From positions 6,705 to 70,704 of the forward strand of contig DATKZO010000013.1 of NCBI GenBank assembly GCA_035527935.1: a stretch of DNA of 64,000 bases, given 5' to 3'. The notes beneath the pieces are model-generated. The model searched no databases and was not told the origin of the DNA. It saw only the letters and a list, made by a program, of their open reading frames with translations. Shown piece by piece: positions 17,428 through 28,491 of this stretch. Source of the DNA: Bacteroidales bacterium (GTDB lineage: Bacteria > Bacteroidota > Bacteroidia > Bacteroidales > VadinHA17). Position numbers and translations under genes: made by a program. Positions within the stretch are counted from its first letter, which is position 1, and every line of letters begins with the position of its first letter.

Positions 17428-18759
17428 ATGAAAAAGAAGAAGAGCAAGATTTTTATTATTGATACCAATGTTTTGCTTCATGACTACAGATCGATATATA
17501 ATTTTCAGGAAAATAATGTAATTATTCCAATAGTCGTTCTTGAAGAGCTTGACCGCTTTAAAAAGGGTAATGACCAGATCAACTTTCATGCAAGGGAGTT
17601 TACGAGGGAACTTGACAAATTATCAGGGGATAATCTTCTGAGTGAAGGTATCCCTTTGGGCGAAGATCTTGGTAATCTTTATATTGAGACGGGAAAGGAA
17701 TTCTCAGATAGTGTTAACCAGTCATTTCCTGAAAAAACTGCAGACCACAGAATCCTGGCTATTGCAGACTACATCTGCTCACAGAAAAAAGAGGATAACG
17801 TAATCCTTATCACCAAGGATATTAACCTGAGAATGAAGGCTAAGTCGCTGGGGATAATGGCTCAGGATTATGAAAGCGATAAGGTTTCAAACATTGATGA
17901 CCTTTATAGGGGTATAGAAACTATCGGAGAGATCGAAAGCGAAAAGATTGATCAGCTTTATAATGAGTCTGCAGGCATCCCGGTTGATGAGATGGGATTG
18001 AAAATTGAACCTTCAGGACACCAGTTCTACATTCTCAAGAACAATGGATCAAGTGCTCTTGCACATTATAGTCCGATAAACAAGATGGTGAACAGGATTG
18101 TGAAACAGGCCACTTATGGCATTGATCCCAGGAATGCTGAACAAACTTTTGCTATTGAGGCACTTACAAACCCTGATATTCAGCTGGTTGCCCTTACCGG
18201 AAAAGCCGGTACCGGTAAAACCCTTCTCGCGCTGGCTTCAGCGTTGCATCAACACCGCCGCTATAAGCAGATCTTTCTGGCAAGACCGATAGTCCCGCTG
18301 GCAAACAGGGATATGGGCTTCCTGCCAGGTGATGTCAAGGAAAAGATTGAACCCTATGTGCAACCCCTTTTCGACAACCTTTCCGTTATAAAGCATAAAT
18401 TCAGTCACCAGAGTCCCGAATTCATGAGAATTAACGATATGATCAAGGAGGAGAAGCTTGTAATAACTCCTCTTGCATATATACGCGGACGAAGTCTCTC
18501 AAGCATCTTCTTTATAGTTGATGAGGCTCAAAATCTGACCCCTCATGAAATTAAGACAATCATTACCAGGGCTGGAGAAGACACCAAGATGGTATTTACC
18601 GGTGACATTGAACAGATCGATTCCCCTTATCTTGATATAGGATCAAATGGACTCTCATACCTTACCGATAAGATGAAATGCCAGGATATTTTTGCACATG
18701 TTAATCTGGTAAAAGGAGAAAGGAGTTATCTTTCGGAACTTGCGAGTAAAATATTATAA
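17428..18759 (+). CDS. PhoH2-type protein (N-terminal PIN domain fused to a PhoH ATPase)
   Basis: 'IFIIDTNVLLHD' fits a PIN domain. 'LTGKAGTGKT' is a Walker A motif and 'FFIVDEAQN' is a Walker B motif. Confidence 0.85.
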   Translation: MKKKKSKIFIIDTNVLLHDYRSIYNFQENNVIIPIVVLEELDRFKKGNDQINFHAREFTRELDKLSGDNLLSEGIPLGEDLGNLYIETGKEFSDSVNQSFPEKTADHRILAIADYICSQKKEDNVILITKDINLRMKAKSLGIMAQDYESDKVSNIDDLYRGIETIGEIESEKIDQLYNESAGIPVDEMGLKIEPSGHQFYILKNNGSSALAHYSPINKMVNRIVKQATYGIDPRNAEQTFAIEALTNPDIQLVALTGKAGTGKTLLALASALHQHRRYKQIFLARPIVPLANRDMGFLPGDVKEKIEPYVQPLFDNLSVIKHKFSHQSPEFMRINDMIKEEKLVITPLAYIRGRSLSSIFFIVDEAQNLTPHEIKTIITRAGEDTKMVFTGDIEQIDSPYLDIGSNGLSYLTDKMKCQDIFAHVNLVKGERSYLSELASKIL

Positions 18760-18770
18760 TTCAACGTAAA

Positions 18771-19268
18771 ATGAAAAAAGAAATTATTCTGGTTCGCCAT
18801 GGCAAGGCATGCAGCCTGGATGCATTCGATAAGGACATAGACAGGGTACTGATGGAAAGAGGTGTAAATGATGGATACAAAGTAGCTGAATCAATGCTTG
18901 AGAAAAAAGTGGTCCCCGATCTGATCCTTACCAGTCCCGCTGCCAGAGCCAGCCAAACGGCATTAATATTTGCCAGGGCTCTGAAAACCGGATCAGGTAT
19001 AGTTAATATCCTTGATAAACTGTATCACTGCTCTGGTGATTGCATTCTTAAACAGGTTTGTGCCCTCCCGGAAGATGTTAATTCGGTTATGGTCGTGGCA
19101 CACAATCCAGGTATAATCGATCTGGCGTACGAGTTGACCATGGGTGCCACTAATTTTCTGCCAACTACGGGAGTTGTCGTGATACAATATGATGCAAACA
19201 GCTGGTCAGAGGTATCACGGTCCAAGCCATCAAAACATTTCTTAATAATACCCAAGGAGATCATATAG
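18771..19268 (+). CDS. Histidine phosphatase family protein (SixA-like)
   Basis: 'ILVRHGKA' is an RHG motif and 'VVAHNPG' is the second histidine motif. Confidence 0.7.
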   Translation: MKKEIILVRHGKACSLDAFDKDIDRVLMERGVNDGYKVAESMLEKKVVPDLILTSPAARASQTALIFARALKTGSGIVNILDKLYHCSGDCILKQVCALPEDVNSVMVVAHNPGIIDLAYELTMGATNFLPTTGVVVIQYDANSWSEVSRSKPSKHFLIIPKEII

Positions 19269-19325
19269 GAGAAATCGGCCCTTTAACTTAAAAACATTAT
19301 TTTTAAGCTTTAATTATAGGGCAAA

Positions 19326-20630
19326 ATGAAAGGCGCTAAAAAGAGGGTTGCATTTCATACTCTGGGCTGCAAGCTGAACTTTACCGAAACATCAATGATC
19401 GCACGATCACTTGATACTGACTACTTTGAGAAGGTGACAATCAACGAGCCTGCTGATATATATATAATCAATACCTGTACTGTTACCGAGGCTGCTGACA
19501 GAAAGTGCAGACAATCGATCAGGAAAACAATCAGACAGGCTCCTGATGATGCCTATATCGTTGTGGTGGGATGCTACGCACAGCTTAAGCCCGAGGAGAT
19601 CACATCAATCGAAGGAGTTGACCTGGTCCTGGGGGCTAATGAAAAATTCAACCTCCGGAACTATCTCGACCGAATCGAGGAATCATCATCAAACAAAGTC
19701 CACACGTGTAACGAAACTGATCTTCTTGCCTTTACATCCTCCTACAGCATGGGAGACCGGACACGATCATTTCTTAAGGTACAGGATGGATGCGACTATA
19801 TTTGTTCATACTGCACCATCCCCCTTGCCAGAGGGGGAAACAGAAATCAATCAATCGCTGATTGTGTTGAGCAGGCCAGGGAGATCGCTGGATCAGGTGC
19901 CAAGGAGATAGTAATAACGGGCGTCAACATCGGCGATTTCGGTAAAACCACAGGAGAGTCGTTCCTGGATCTTCTCGAAAGCCTTGTAAAGGTAGAAGGG
20001 GTAGAAAGGTTCAGAATATCATCAATTGAGCCCAACCTTCTATCAGACGATATAATTGATCTGACAGCTGCAGAGGATAAACTGGTTCAGCATTTTCATA
20101 TTCCACTTCAGAGCGGATGCAACAGGATGCTTGCAAAAATGAAAAGAAGGTATAACAGGGAGCTGTTCAGCGAAAGGGTGTCGAAAGTGAAAGCGACTAT
20201 ACCTGATGCCTGCATCGGGGCTGATGTCATTGTTGGATTTCCCGGAGAAACGGATAATGATTTCAATGATACATACAGGTTCCTCGAGAAAACTGATTTA
20301 TCCTATCTGCACTCCTTTTCCTATTCACCCAGGCCAGGCACTGCTGCTTTTGATCTTCCGGAAAATGTGGGCAAAGAAACAATAGCTGCCAGAAGCAGTA
20401 AGCTGCAGAGACTCTCTGAGAGGAAGAAATTTGATTTTTACAGAAAATGTACAGATAATTCCTATCGTGTGATCTGGGAAAACCGCACGAAGGACGGATT
20501 TATTTACGGATTCACTGATAATTATGTCAGGGCTAAAACCCATGCTTATAATGTACTGCCGGGTGACCTGTCCCATGCTAGACTGACCGATCTTGATGAG
20601 AATGGAATTTTCAATGTAGAATTATTATAG
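19326..20630 (+). CDS. mtaB: Radical-SAM methylthiotransferase, MtaB-like (t6A37 tRNA methylthiolation)
   Basis: The N-terminal UPF0004 cysteines are 'HTLGCKLN', 'NTCTVT' and 'VGCY'. The radical-SAM motif is 'CDYICSYCTIP'. Confidence 0.75.
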   Translation: MKGAKKRVAFHTLGCKLNFTETSMIARSLDTDYFEKVTINEPADIYIINTCTVTEAADRKCRQSIRKTIRQAPDDAYIVVVGCYAQLKPEEITSIEGVDLVLGANEKFNLRNYLDRIEESSSNKVHTCNETDLLAFTSSYSMGDRTRSFLKVQDGCDYICSYCTIPLARGGNRNQSIADCVEQAREIAGSGAKEIVITGVNIGDFGKTTGESFLDLLESLVKVEGVERFRISSIEPNLLSDDIIDLTAAEDKLVQHFHIPLQSGCNRMLAKMKRRYNRELFSERVSKVKATIPDACIGADVIVGFPGETDNDFNDTYRFLEKTDLSYLHSFSYSPRPGTAAFDLPENVGKETIAARSSKLQRLSERKKFDFYRKCTDNSYRVIWENRTKDGFIYGFTDNYVRAKTHAYNVLPGDLSHARLTDLDENGIFNVELL

Positions 20631-20637
20631 CTATCAG

Positions 20638-21435
20638 ATGAGCGACTATGAAAATATATGTATGGAGGTATGCAAAATTGCAGCTGAAACAGGCAGATTT
20701 ATAAGCAATGAATCAGGCAAATTCGAAGCTGAGGATATAAAAAGCAAAGGTATCCATGATTATGTTACATATGTTGATATTGAATCGGAAAAAATGCTTA
20801 CAGCTGCTTTAGGCGCTTTGCTGCCGGATGCTGTTTTTATTACAGAAGAGGAAACTATATCACAGGAAAAGGGGGAGCTGTGCTGGATTATTGATCCCCT
20901 TGACGGTACAACAAACTTCATGCATGGATTGGCGCCCTATTCAATCAGTATTGCCTTGGCCGGGGGAGATAAGATCCTTGTTGGTGTTGTACATAACATT
21001 GCCACCAGAGAGACCTTTTACGCATGGCATAAAGGGGGCGCATGGCTTGATGGTGAAGCTATCAAAGTATCCCTCACCACCAGAATTGAGGACTCATTAA
21101 TTGCCACCGGATTTCCCTACAAAGACTTTAACAGTCTTGGTAAATACCTCACCGCTTTTGAATATTTTATAAGAAATACACATGGGGTAAGAAGGATGGG
21201 ATCTGCTGCCATCGATCTTGCTTGGGTTGCCTGTGGCAAGTTTGACGCATTCTTCGAATACAACCTGAATAAGTGGGATGTGTCGGCCGGGATCCTGCTT
21301 ATAAGGGAAGCAGGGGGGATTGCTTCTGATTTCTCGGGAAACCAGGTCTGCATTGATGGCAGCGAGATTGTAGCTGCCAATAATCTTATTTTTGAGGAAT
21401 TCCGCGCTAAAGTAAATACCTTTATGGCAAAATAA
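20638..21435 (+). CDS. Inositol monophosphatase family protein
   Basis: 'WIIDPLDGTTNF' and 'WDVSAG' motifs are present. Confidence 0.85.
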   Translation: MSDYENICMEVCKIAAETGRFISNESGKFEAEDIKSKGIHDYVTYVDIESEKMLTAALGALLPDAVFITEEETISQEKGELCWIIDPLDGTTNFMHGLAPYSISIALAGGDKILVGVVHNIATRETFYAWHKGGAWLDGEAIKVSLTTRIEDSLIATGFPYKDFNSLGKYLTAFEYFIRNTHGVRRMGSAAIDLAWVACGKFDAFFEYNLNKWDVSAGILLIREAGGIASDFSGNQVCIDGSEIVAANNLIFEEFRAKVNTFMAK

Positions 21436-21446
21436 CCGGACAAAAG

Positions 21447-22328
21447 ATGATAGCCGTATTATTCTATATATTCTATATTACAAACTGGATCATTACCCTC
21501 CTTCCCCTCTCAGTACTATACCTTTTCTCCTACCCTCTCTATTTTCTGCTCTATCATTTCCCGGGATACAGGAAACAGGTTGTCCTTGACAATTTAACAA
21601 ATGCATTTCCGGAGAAGAGTCTGGATGAAAGGCTTGAAATAAGAAAAAAATACTATAAACACCTCTCGGATCTGATCATTGAGGTATTGAAACTTCAGCA
21701 CCTTGGCAACAAAGAGATCAAGAGAAGATTCAGAATCAGGAACATTGAACTGTTTGACTCGCTGCAAAGAAAGGGCCGCAGCTCAATCGCTGCCTTCGGA
21801 CATTATGCCAACTGGGAGTGGACAACAGGGGTCCAGTTGCACACTGATTATAAATGTCTGGCTGTCTATAAGCCCCTGCTTAACAGATACTTTGATCGAT
21901 ACACCAGAAAAATCAGATCGAAGTATGGTGTTGAGAACATTGCCATGGCAGATACATTGAAGACCATTGTCAAATACAGGAATATGGGAGTCAGCATTGC
22001 CTTGGCCCTGATCTCAGATCAGACTCCGCCCAAGCGGGAGATCCAGTACTGGACCAATTTCCTGAACCAGGATACTCCTGTATACCTTGGTATTGAAAAA
22101 CTTTCAAGAAAGTATGACATGCCGGTGCTCTTCTTCAGGATAAATAAGATAAAAAGAGGTTACTATGAGTTAATCATTGAATCAATAACCGAAGATCCAT
22201 TGAAGCATGAGCCAAACTATATCACCGAAAAACATGTCAGGTTGCTTGAAGAGCAGATAAACCGGAAGCCTGAGCTATGGCTCTGGTCGCACCGCAGGTG
22301 GAAACACAAAAGAGAAAAAGGATTATGA
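21447..22328 (+). CDS. Lipid A late acyltransferase (LpxL/HtrB) family protein
   Basis: It has an N-terminal membrane anchor, a 'GHYANWEW' HX4(D/E) block and is ~290 aa. Confidence 0.7.
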   Translation: MIAVLFYIFYITNWIITLLPLSVLYLFSYPLYFLLYHFPGYRKQVVLDNLTNAFPEKSLDERLEIRKKYYKHLSDLIIEVLKLQHLGNKEIKRRFRIRNIELFDSLQRKGRSSIAAFGHYANWEWTTGVQLHTDYKCLAVYKPLLNRYFDRYTRKIRSKYGVENIAMADTLKTIVKYRNMGVSIALALISDQTPPKREIQYWTNFLNQDTPVYLGIEKLSRKYDMPVLFFRINKIKRGYYELIIESITEDPLKHEPNYITEKHVRLLEEQINRKPELWLWSHRRWKHKREKGL

Positions 22329-23356
22329 TTAAGACCGCAGTAGTTATCCTGAACTGGAATGGGAAAGAGATGCTTGAAAAGTTTATCCGGGATGTTTACA
22401 AAAAGACAATATCGGCTGAAAATGCGGTCTACTTAGTTGATAATGGCTCAACAGATAATTCTCTTGAATGGATTAGAGCCAACCTGCCTGATATCGGGAC
22501 GTTCAGTTTTGAGGAGAACCTCGGGTTTGCAGGAGGTTATTCCAGGGCACTGGAAATGATTGAGGCAGAGTACTATGTCTTATTGAATACTGATATTGAA
22601 GTTACTGAAAACTGGATCGACCCGGTTATCTCATATATGGATAACAACCCTGAAGTGGCTGCTTGCCAGCCAAAAATATTGAGTTACAGCGACAGGGGTA
22701 GTTTTGAGTATGCTGGTGCAGCTGGTGGATTTATCGATAAGTACGGATTCCCCTTTTGCAGAGGAAGGCTGCACAGCGTAGTTGAAAAAGACAAAGGTCA
22801 GTATGATGACATAAGGGATATTTTCTGGGCGAGTGGTGCCTGTATGTTTATCAGATCATCAGTATGGCACGAGACAGGAGGGCTGGATCCCGATTTCTTT
22901 GTACATATGGAGGAGATAGACCTCTGCTGGAGAATTCACAAGAGAGGTTACAGAATTTCGTATATACCTGATTCGGTTATCTATCATGTAGGAGGAGGAA
23001 CACTTCCGTATGAATCACCTGCTAAATTATTCTACAATTTCAGAAACAATCTTTTTGTGCTCCATAAAAACCTGCCAGGCAGAAATTACCGCAAGATCAT
23101 TCTGCAAAGGATGACCATGGACGGACTCGGGGCTTTACGGTATCTGATGATGTTCAGGTTCAGATCATTCTATCAGATATTCAGTGCCCATATAGCATAT
23201 TACCGCAATATTAAAAGCCTGGAGATAAAGAGGAGAGCGATCGTTTCCGGATCAAACCATAATCCTGATAATCTTATCCTGAACAAAAGTATGACTATTG
23301 CGTTTTTCCTTAAGGGACAGAAAATCTTTACCGAGCTCTGGCCTGAAAATAATTAG
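22325..23356 (+). CDS. Family 2 glycosyltransferase
   Basis: 'VVILNWNGKEML', 'VDNGSTDNS' and 'LLNTD' are present. The start at MIKT gives an ATGA overlap with the upstream stop. The track ORF begins 48 nt earlier. Confidence 0.8.
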   Translation: MIKTAVVILNWNGKEMLEKFIRDVYKKTISAENAVYLVDNGSTDNSLEWIRANLPDIGTFSFEENLGFAGGYSRALEMIEAEYYVLLNTDIEVTENWIDPVISYMDNNPEVAACQPKILSYSDRGSFEYAGAAGGFIDKYGFPFCRGRLHSVVEKDKGQYDDIRDIFWASGACMFIRSSVWHETGGLDPDFFVHMEEIDLCWRIHKRGYRISYIPDSVIYHVGGGTLPYESPAKLFYNFRNNLFVLHKNLPGRNYRKIILQRMTMDGLGALRYLMMFRFRSFYQIFSAHIAYYRNIKSLEIKRRAIVSGSNHNPDNLILNKSMTIAFFLKGQKIFTELWPENN

Positions 23357-23365
23357 TATGGGAAA

Positions 23366-24517
23366 ATGAGAAACAGGGAAGTGATATTATTCATTCTGAT
23401 AGTCATCACGATATATTTCAGTGCAAACAGTTACATTTTTATAAAGGGTTTAAAAGCACTCTCAGGGCAGATAAACATTAGACTCTATATTTTAACATTC
23501 CTCTCCCTCGCCATGACATTTATAGCAGGGAAGATACTGGAAAGAAATTCCTCATCAGTTGTAGTCGACATACTTAATGTTACCGGGGGATTCTGGCTTG
23601 CTTTTATGCTCTATTCTACCCTTTTCCTTCTTTTATCCGATATTTTGAGGCTGGTTATCTTCCCTGCCGGAATTATGCAGGAGGATCAACTTGGATCCTA
23701 CAGGTTCTACAGTTATGTTGTGTCATCGGGGCTGGCAGTTGTTATAATTATTATCGGCTTTATTAATTCTGTGACCCCTGTTACACGCAATTACTCAATC
23801 AGCATCGATAAGAAAGTTCAGGGTGATAACAGTGTCCTGATTGCTGTAGTTTCCGATGTCCACCTGGGATCGGTCGTAAGGAACAGGAGTTTAAGGGTCC
23901 TTTCAAGAATGTTGAAAAAGGTTGAGCCTGACTTTATCTTTTTTCTCGGCGACCTTGTTGATGGGGAAATTAACCCGGTAATAAGGGATGATCTGTTAAA
24001 ATCACTTACCCTTCCTATTGACAGATCACGAGTTTATGCGATAACAGGCAACCACGAATACATCGGGGGCAGGACCAAAACTCTCTCCTATCTTAAAAAA
24101 CACAACCTGAATATACTGGAAGATGAAATAGCCCTGTTGGAGCCGGGGATTCAACTGATTGGGAGAAAGGACAGGGATTCATTCAGATACAGTGGAGAAA
24201 GGCGCAAAGATCTATCCGAGTTACTCCAGGCAACGGACCCTGAAAAGCCTATTATTATTCTTGATCATCAGCCATTGGCAGCAAACAGGGAGCCGGAAGG
24301 AAAATTTGACCTGATGCTTTCGGGACATACTCATAACGGGCAGATGTGGCCCTTCAGTTATATTGTAAACATGGTGTACGCCAATGGTTATGGACACTCA
24401 GTTGATGGAGACAGGCAATTTATTGTTTCAGCCGGCTTTGGTACCTGGGGTCCACGTGTACGAATCGGCAGCAGATCAGAGATTATTGTTATTGATCTGA
24501 AATTCGGGGATCAATGA
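23366..24517 (+). CDS. Membrane-anchored metallophosphoesterase
   Basis: It has N-terminal transmembrane segments followed by 'VSDVHLG', 'LGDLVDG', 'GNHE' and 'GHTHNG'. Confidence 0.8.
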   Translation: MRNREVILFILIVITIYFSANSYIFIKGLKALSGQINIRLYILTFLSLAMTFIAGKILERNSSSVVVDILNVTGGFWLAFMLYSTLFLLLSDILRLVIFPAGIMQEDQLGSYRFYSYVVSSGLAVVIIIIGFINSVTPVTRNYSISIDKKVQGDNSVLIAVVSDVHLGSVVRNRSLRVLSRMLKKVEPDFIFFLGDLVDGEINPVIRDDLLKSLTLPIDRSRVYAITGNHEYIGGRTKTLSYLKKHNLNILEDEIALLEPGIQLIGRKDRDSFRYSGERRKDLSELLQATDPEKPIIILDHQPLAANREPEGKFDLMLSGHTHNGQMWPFSYIVNMVYANGYGHSVDGDRQFIVSAGFGTWGPRVRIGSRSEIIVIDLKFGDQ

Positions 24518-24576
24518 TTATTCATATACCCGTCATACAGAAGATACTGGGTCGTCCGGAGGTTTAAATTAGTTCA

Positions 24577-25902
24577 TCAAAGGTACTTGAAAGCCTCTTC
24601 CATTTTCAGGACCCTTGATCCTTTCACCAGGACAAAATTATCCTTTATAGGATTATCTGATAAATATTTAATAAGTTCAGAAGTATCATTGAAGAGTGTA
24701 ATATCCCTGCCAGTTGCAACAGCAGAAAAGAGCGGACCAACAAGGATCCGAATAACCTCATCAAAAGACATGATCAGATCCACTATATCACTATGTTCCC
24801 TGGAGGAGTATTCACCCAGCTCCAGCATATCTCCAAGTATCATGGTCTTCCCTCCTCCGGGTGCCTCCATAAACGAGATGATAGCATTCCTCATACTCAC
24901 AGGATTTGCATTGTATGCATCGCATATAAGTGTATTGCTTCCTGTAACAAGAATTTGGGAACGATTATTCTCAGGTTGATAGGATTCAATTGCTTCAATC
25001 ATTTCATCAAAGGGGGCACCGAAATATGATCCGGTGCACAGAGCAGCAAGAATATTTTCCAGGTTATATTTCCCGAACAATTTGCTCTCGATCCGATTCA
25101 TTGACCCGTCAAGTTCAAAGGCTATGGTAAGGAATGGATCGGCCTTCACAGATACAATATCGATTTTCCCCTGTCTTAACTCATAATATGATCGGGAGTC
25201 AACCTTTAATCCACTCAGGATATCCGTCAGTATCTCATCATCAGGGTTAAAGAAAACCAGGCCATTGGACTCAGACAGGTATTTGTACAATTCTGATTTT
25301 GCTTCAATCACTCCATTAAATGATCCGAATCCTTCCAGGTGGGCCTTTCCCATATTTGTAATTATCCCATACTGGGGAGCGGCGATTTCGCATAATTGTT
25401 TTATCTCCCCCACATGGTTGGCACCCATCTCTATAATAATAAATTCAGTATCCGAAGGGGCAGAGAGCAATGTAAGAGGTACTCCGATATGATTATTCAG
25501 GTTCCCTGAAGTGTAATGGATCTTTTTCTTTCCTGAGAGAGTCCTGGTAATCAGTTCCTTGGATGTGGTTTTACCGTTTGAACCGGTAATTGCCAGTAGC
25601 GGAACTGCCATATTCCTCCGGTAGGCTGAGGCAAGTGCCTGCAGCTCTGACAGTGCATCCTTCACAAGCAGCGTACCTTCCGTACAGTAGTCCTTGTTAT
25701 CTATCACCGCAAGTGATGCTCCCCTGGAAAGGGCCTCAGAGGCAAACTGGTTTCCGTCAAATGATTCCCCCCTGAGTGCAAAGAAAATATTTCCCTCAGA
25801 CACACTTCTTGAGTCGACTGAGATGCCACATTTCCCTTCTGTAAATATCCTGTATATCTCCGGGCTCTTCATTTTAAAAAAGACCTCATTACGGTCGCCC
25901 AT
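24577..25902 (-). CDS. murF: UDP-N-acetylmuramoyl-tripeptide--D-alanyl-D-alanine ligase
   Basis: 'AITGSNGKTT' is present with a Mur ligase domain layout. The start may instead be the internal MKSPEIY at 25872. Confidence 0.9.
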   Translation of the reverse strand: MGDRNEVFFKMKSPEIYRIFTEGKCGISVDSRSVSEGNIFFALRGESFDGNQFASEALSRGASLAVIDNKDYCTEGTLLVKDALSELQALASAYRRNMAVPLLAITGSNGKTTSKELITRTLSGKKKIHYTSGNLNNHIGVPLTLLSAPSDTEFIIIEMGANHVGEIKQLCEIAAPQYGIITNMGKAHLEGFGSFNGVIEAKSELYKYLSESNGLVFFNPDDEILTDILSGLKVDSRSYYELRQGKIDIVSVKADPFLTIAFELDGSMNRIESKLFGKYNLENILAALCTGSYFGAPFDEMIEAIESYQPENNRSQILVTGSNTLICDAYNANPVSMRNAIISFMEAPGGGKTMILGDMLELGEYSSREHSDIVDLIMSFDEVIRILVGPLFSAVATGRDITLFNDTSELIKYLSDNPIKDNFVLVKGSRVLKMEEAFKYL

Positions 25903-25936
25903 AATGAGGTCTTTGGGATTAATGTGAAATATATCT

Positions 25937-27412
25937 TTAAAATCCTGACGGACTACCTACTCTGATCATGGCACACCTGAAACCAATATCATCACGCGAG
26001 GCTTCCTGGTCAAGGAATCGGCGTGTCGAAGGATTCAGCCAGTATGCTCTGTCTTTCCATGAGCCTCCCTTATATACCCTTGCCTTGTCATCAATCAGGG
26101 AGAAATAATTACCTTCTTCCTGGACATACATTTTGCTGGTACCCTCCAGATCTTCTCCTGTCCACTCTTCTGTCTGGATGCTCGAGATCAGGTCCCCGTC
26201 CATATAGTTCCTGTAATCTCCTTTCTGATAGTTATAGCGATCGGCCACGTCAGCATCCTGAACTGTATCCATCTGCATCCTGCCCAGGTAGTCCTTCGTG
26301 AGAAGGTTCCCATTTGCATCACGGGACATGTCAGTATAGACATTTCCCCTGAAGGGGTTGAATCCATCAATATCTTCAGCACTCAGAGGACGAAACACAT
26401 CCTGCACCCATTCGTTCACGTTTCCGGCCATACAGTACAGACCATAATCGTTAGGCCAGTACGATTTAACATCAACAGTTATACTGCCATTATCGTTAAG
26501 GCTTCCTGCTACTCCCATCATATCCCCTCTTCCGCGAACAAAATTAGCCATGAATTCACCACGGTTTTTCTGATCTGAATTCCTGACATTATGGCCGTCC
26601 CACGGATAAGTCCTTCTTTCAAAAATTCTCTCCTCAAATGTGTTTCCCTTGAGCGAGTATGCAGCAAATTCCCATTCGGCCTCTGTCGGGAGGCGATAGC
26701 GTGGTAAAAGGATGCCATCCTCAAGCATTACTCTCCTCTCCTGCTGGTTAGGATCCAGACTTGGGAGGTTCTGGTTAACAACTCCCTCATATTGACCTGC
26801 CAGATATGCTTCAGTATGGAAATTATTTTCATTCAGCTGGTTGGGATCATAGTTGAGGATCCCTTCATCGATAAGGACCTGCTCATTGACCCTGTCAGTC
26901 CTCCAGATACAGTAATCATTGGCCTGTAGCCAGTTAACACCTACTACCGGATAGTTATTGTATGAGGGATGACGGAAGTAGTACTGGACATAAGGTTCAT
27001 TGTAAGCCAATGGGCTACGCCAGACGAGAGTATCCGGAAGAGCTCTCATTCTAACTTCGGGATAGTCAACATATACCCTTTTCAGCCACCATAGGTACAT
27101 TCTGTAATCAATGTTGCGGACCTCAGACTCATCCATGTAGAATGAAGAAACGGTGACTCTTCGAATAGCATTATTCCAGTCGTACATCACATCTTCCTGG
27201 ATTCGTCCCATGGTAAAAGTACCGCCTTCAATCAAAACCAAACCCGGTCCCGTTAACTGTTCAGCTCCTACAACAACCTCAAAACCACCATTGTCAGGAT
27301 CATTGTATTGCCAGCCTGTAGTGGGTGATACATTCGGATTATCGCCTCGGCCGCATGATGCTAATAATACTACAGCTACTACTAAAAAAAGCGAGGATGC
27401 GATTTTATGCAT
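25937..27412 (-). CDS. gldJ: Gliding-motility/T9SS lipoprotein GldJ (SUMF1/FGE-fold)
   Basis: The lipobox is 'LLASCG'. The SUMF1-like tail is 'YKGGSWKDRAYW...GFRC'. The gene lies next to murF and porU/porV, as in Flavobacterium johnsoniae. Confidence 0.75.
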   Translation of the reverse strand: MHKIASSLFLVVAVVLLASCGRGDNPNVSPTTGWQYNDPDNGGFEVVVGAEQLTGPGLVLIEGGTFTMGRIQEDVMYDWNNAIRRVTVSSFYMDESEVRNIDYRMYLWWLKRVYVDYPEVRMRALPDTLVWRSPLAYNEPYVQYYFRHPSYNNYPVVGVNWLQANDYCIWRTDRVNEQVLIDEGILNYDPNQLNENNFHTEAYLAGQYEGVVNQNLPSLDPNQQERRVMLEDGILLPRYRLPTEAEWEFAAYSLKGNTFEERIFERRTYPWDGHNVRNSDQKNRGEFMANFVRGRGDMMGVAGSLNDNGSITVDVKSYWPNDYGLYCMAGNVNEWVQDVFRPLSAEDIDGFNPFRGNVYTDMSRDANGNLLTKDYLGRMQMDTVQDADVADRYNYQKGDYRNYMDGDLISSIQTEEWTGEDLEGTSKMYVQEEGNYFSLIDDKARVYKGGSWKDRAYWLNPSTRRFLDQEASRDDIGFRCAMIRVGSPSGF

Positions 27413-27445
27413 AATACTTTGAATTTTGGTATTACTTCTAGTTTT

Positions 27446-27453
27446 CAAATATA
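27446..27453 (-). promoter_or_regulatory. -7 box, TATATTTG on the minus strand, upstream of gldJ
   Basis: It matches TAnnTTTG and lies ~34 nt upstream of the ATG at 27412, inside the longer track ORF. This supports the shorter start. Confidence 0.35.
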
Positions 27454-27492
27454 ACAAATTTTGCTAAAAATTTTATCATTTCCCAAATATAA

Positions 27493-28491
27493 CTACAATT
27501 TGGGATAATTTATTGTATTGATAACAGTGGTTTTATCAACATTGTTTAAACGGATGTAAACTGTTATCTGGTTAGATAATGTACCAGGAATCATCCCGGA
27601 TGGTCTTAATGGGGAAAACAAATAGTTGTAGCTGAACCCAAAACGATTAAGATCGAGGTGTAATCCTGTCTGAATTGCATTTATACCCCCTGTTGAGTAG
27701 CAATGAATAAGGTTATTTATTGCTAATATCTTGTATTCCAATGATATACCTCCGACATATGATAGAAAGCCATCCTGATAACTGCTATAGAAAAGAGGGT
27801 TCAGGTAAAACGGACTCTGCGCCAACCGGTATCGCGCCGAGGTATGGAGAGAATATCTTCTCCCAAGCCTCCCCTCCCGGTTACCATTACGTGACATATC
27901 AGGAGTGGCAAGGTGGTTAACCGATATCCCGGCATGATAATCCCTGAATCTAACAAGGAAACCTATCCCTGCATCAAAAACAGTTCTGGAACCCTGATCC
28001 AGGATCTCAGAAGAGGCAAGTACAGGACCAAGCAGCGGATCAATCTGGTCAGGGAAGATTATTTCGTTCCTGTTGATGCTTCTGTGAATAACCGAGGCCA
28101 TGAAGCCTGCATTGATATATAGTTCTCTTGTGGCCCTTAAATGGTATGAATATGTTACTCCTGATCTGAGATCATTAAGAATTTTCCCAAGGCGATTCTC
28201 GGTCAGGTAGGCTCCAAACCCCCCATGCACCTGCTCAAAATAGGAATCATATGACACAAATACCGAACCTATCTGATAATTGTTTCCGGAGTAAAAATCC
28301 CTGTACGAGAGGATCATTAATCCATCCGGATGTGACCCTGTCATGGCAGGATTTGATAAAACAGGGGCATTATATGGCGTTCCTGATTCAATGTCCTGCG
28401 AGTATCCACTGCGGAAGATCAGAATAGTGAAAACCAGAAGAACCAATTTATATCCCGGCTGTTTCATAATTGGCAAAGATAGTAACCACAC
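27493..28491 (-). CDS. PorP/SprF-family T9SS outer-membrane protein
   Basis: It has a signal peptide followed by 'SQD...YNAPVLSNPAMTG' and a beta-rich sequence ending in an aromatic-rich tail. The start may be MKQPGY at 28467. Confidence 0.6.
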   Translation of the reverse strand: MWLLSLPIMKQPGYKLVLLVFTILIFRSGYSQDIESGTPYNAPVLSNPAMTGSHPDGLMILSYRDFYSGNNYQIGSVFVSYDSYFEQVHGGFGAYLTENRLGKILNDLRSGVTYSYHLRATRELYINAGFMASVIHRSINRNEIIFPDQIDPLLGPVLASSEILDQGSRTVFDAGIGFLVRFRDYHAGISVNHLATPDMSRNGNREGRLGRRYSLHTSARYRLAQSPFYLNPLFYSSYQDGFLSYVGGISLEYKILAINNLIHCYSTGGINAIQTGLHLDLNRFGFSYNYLFSPLRPSGMIPGTLSNQITVYIRLNNVDKTTVINTINYPKL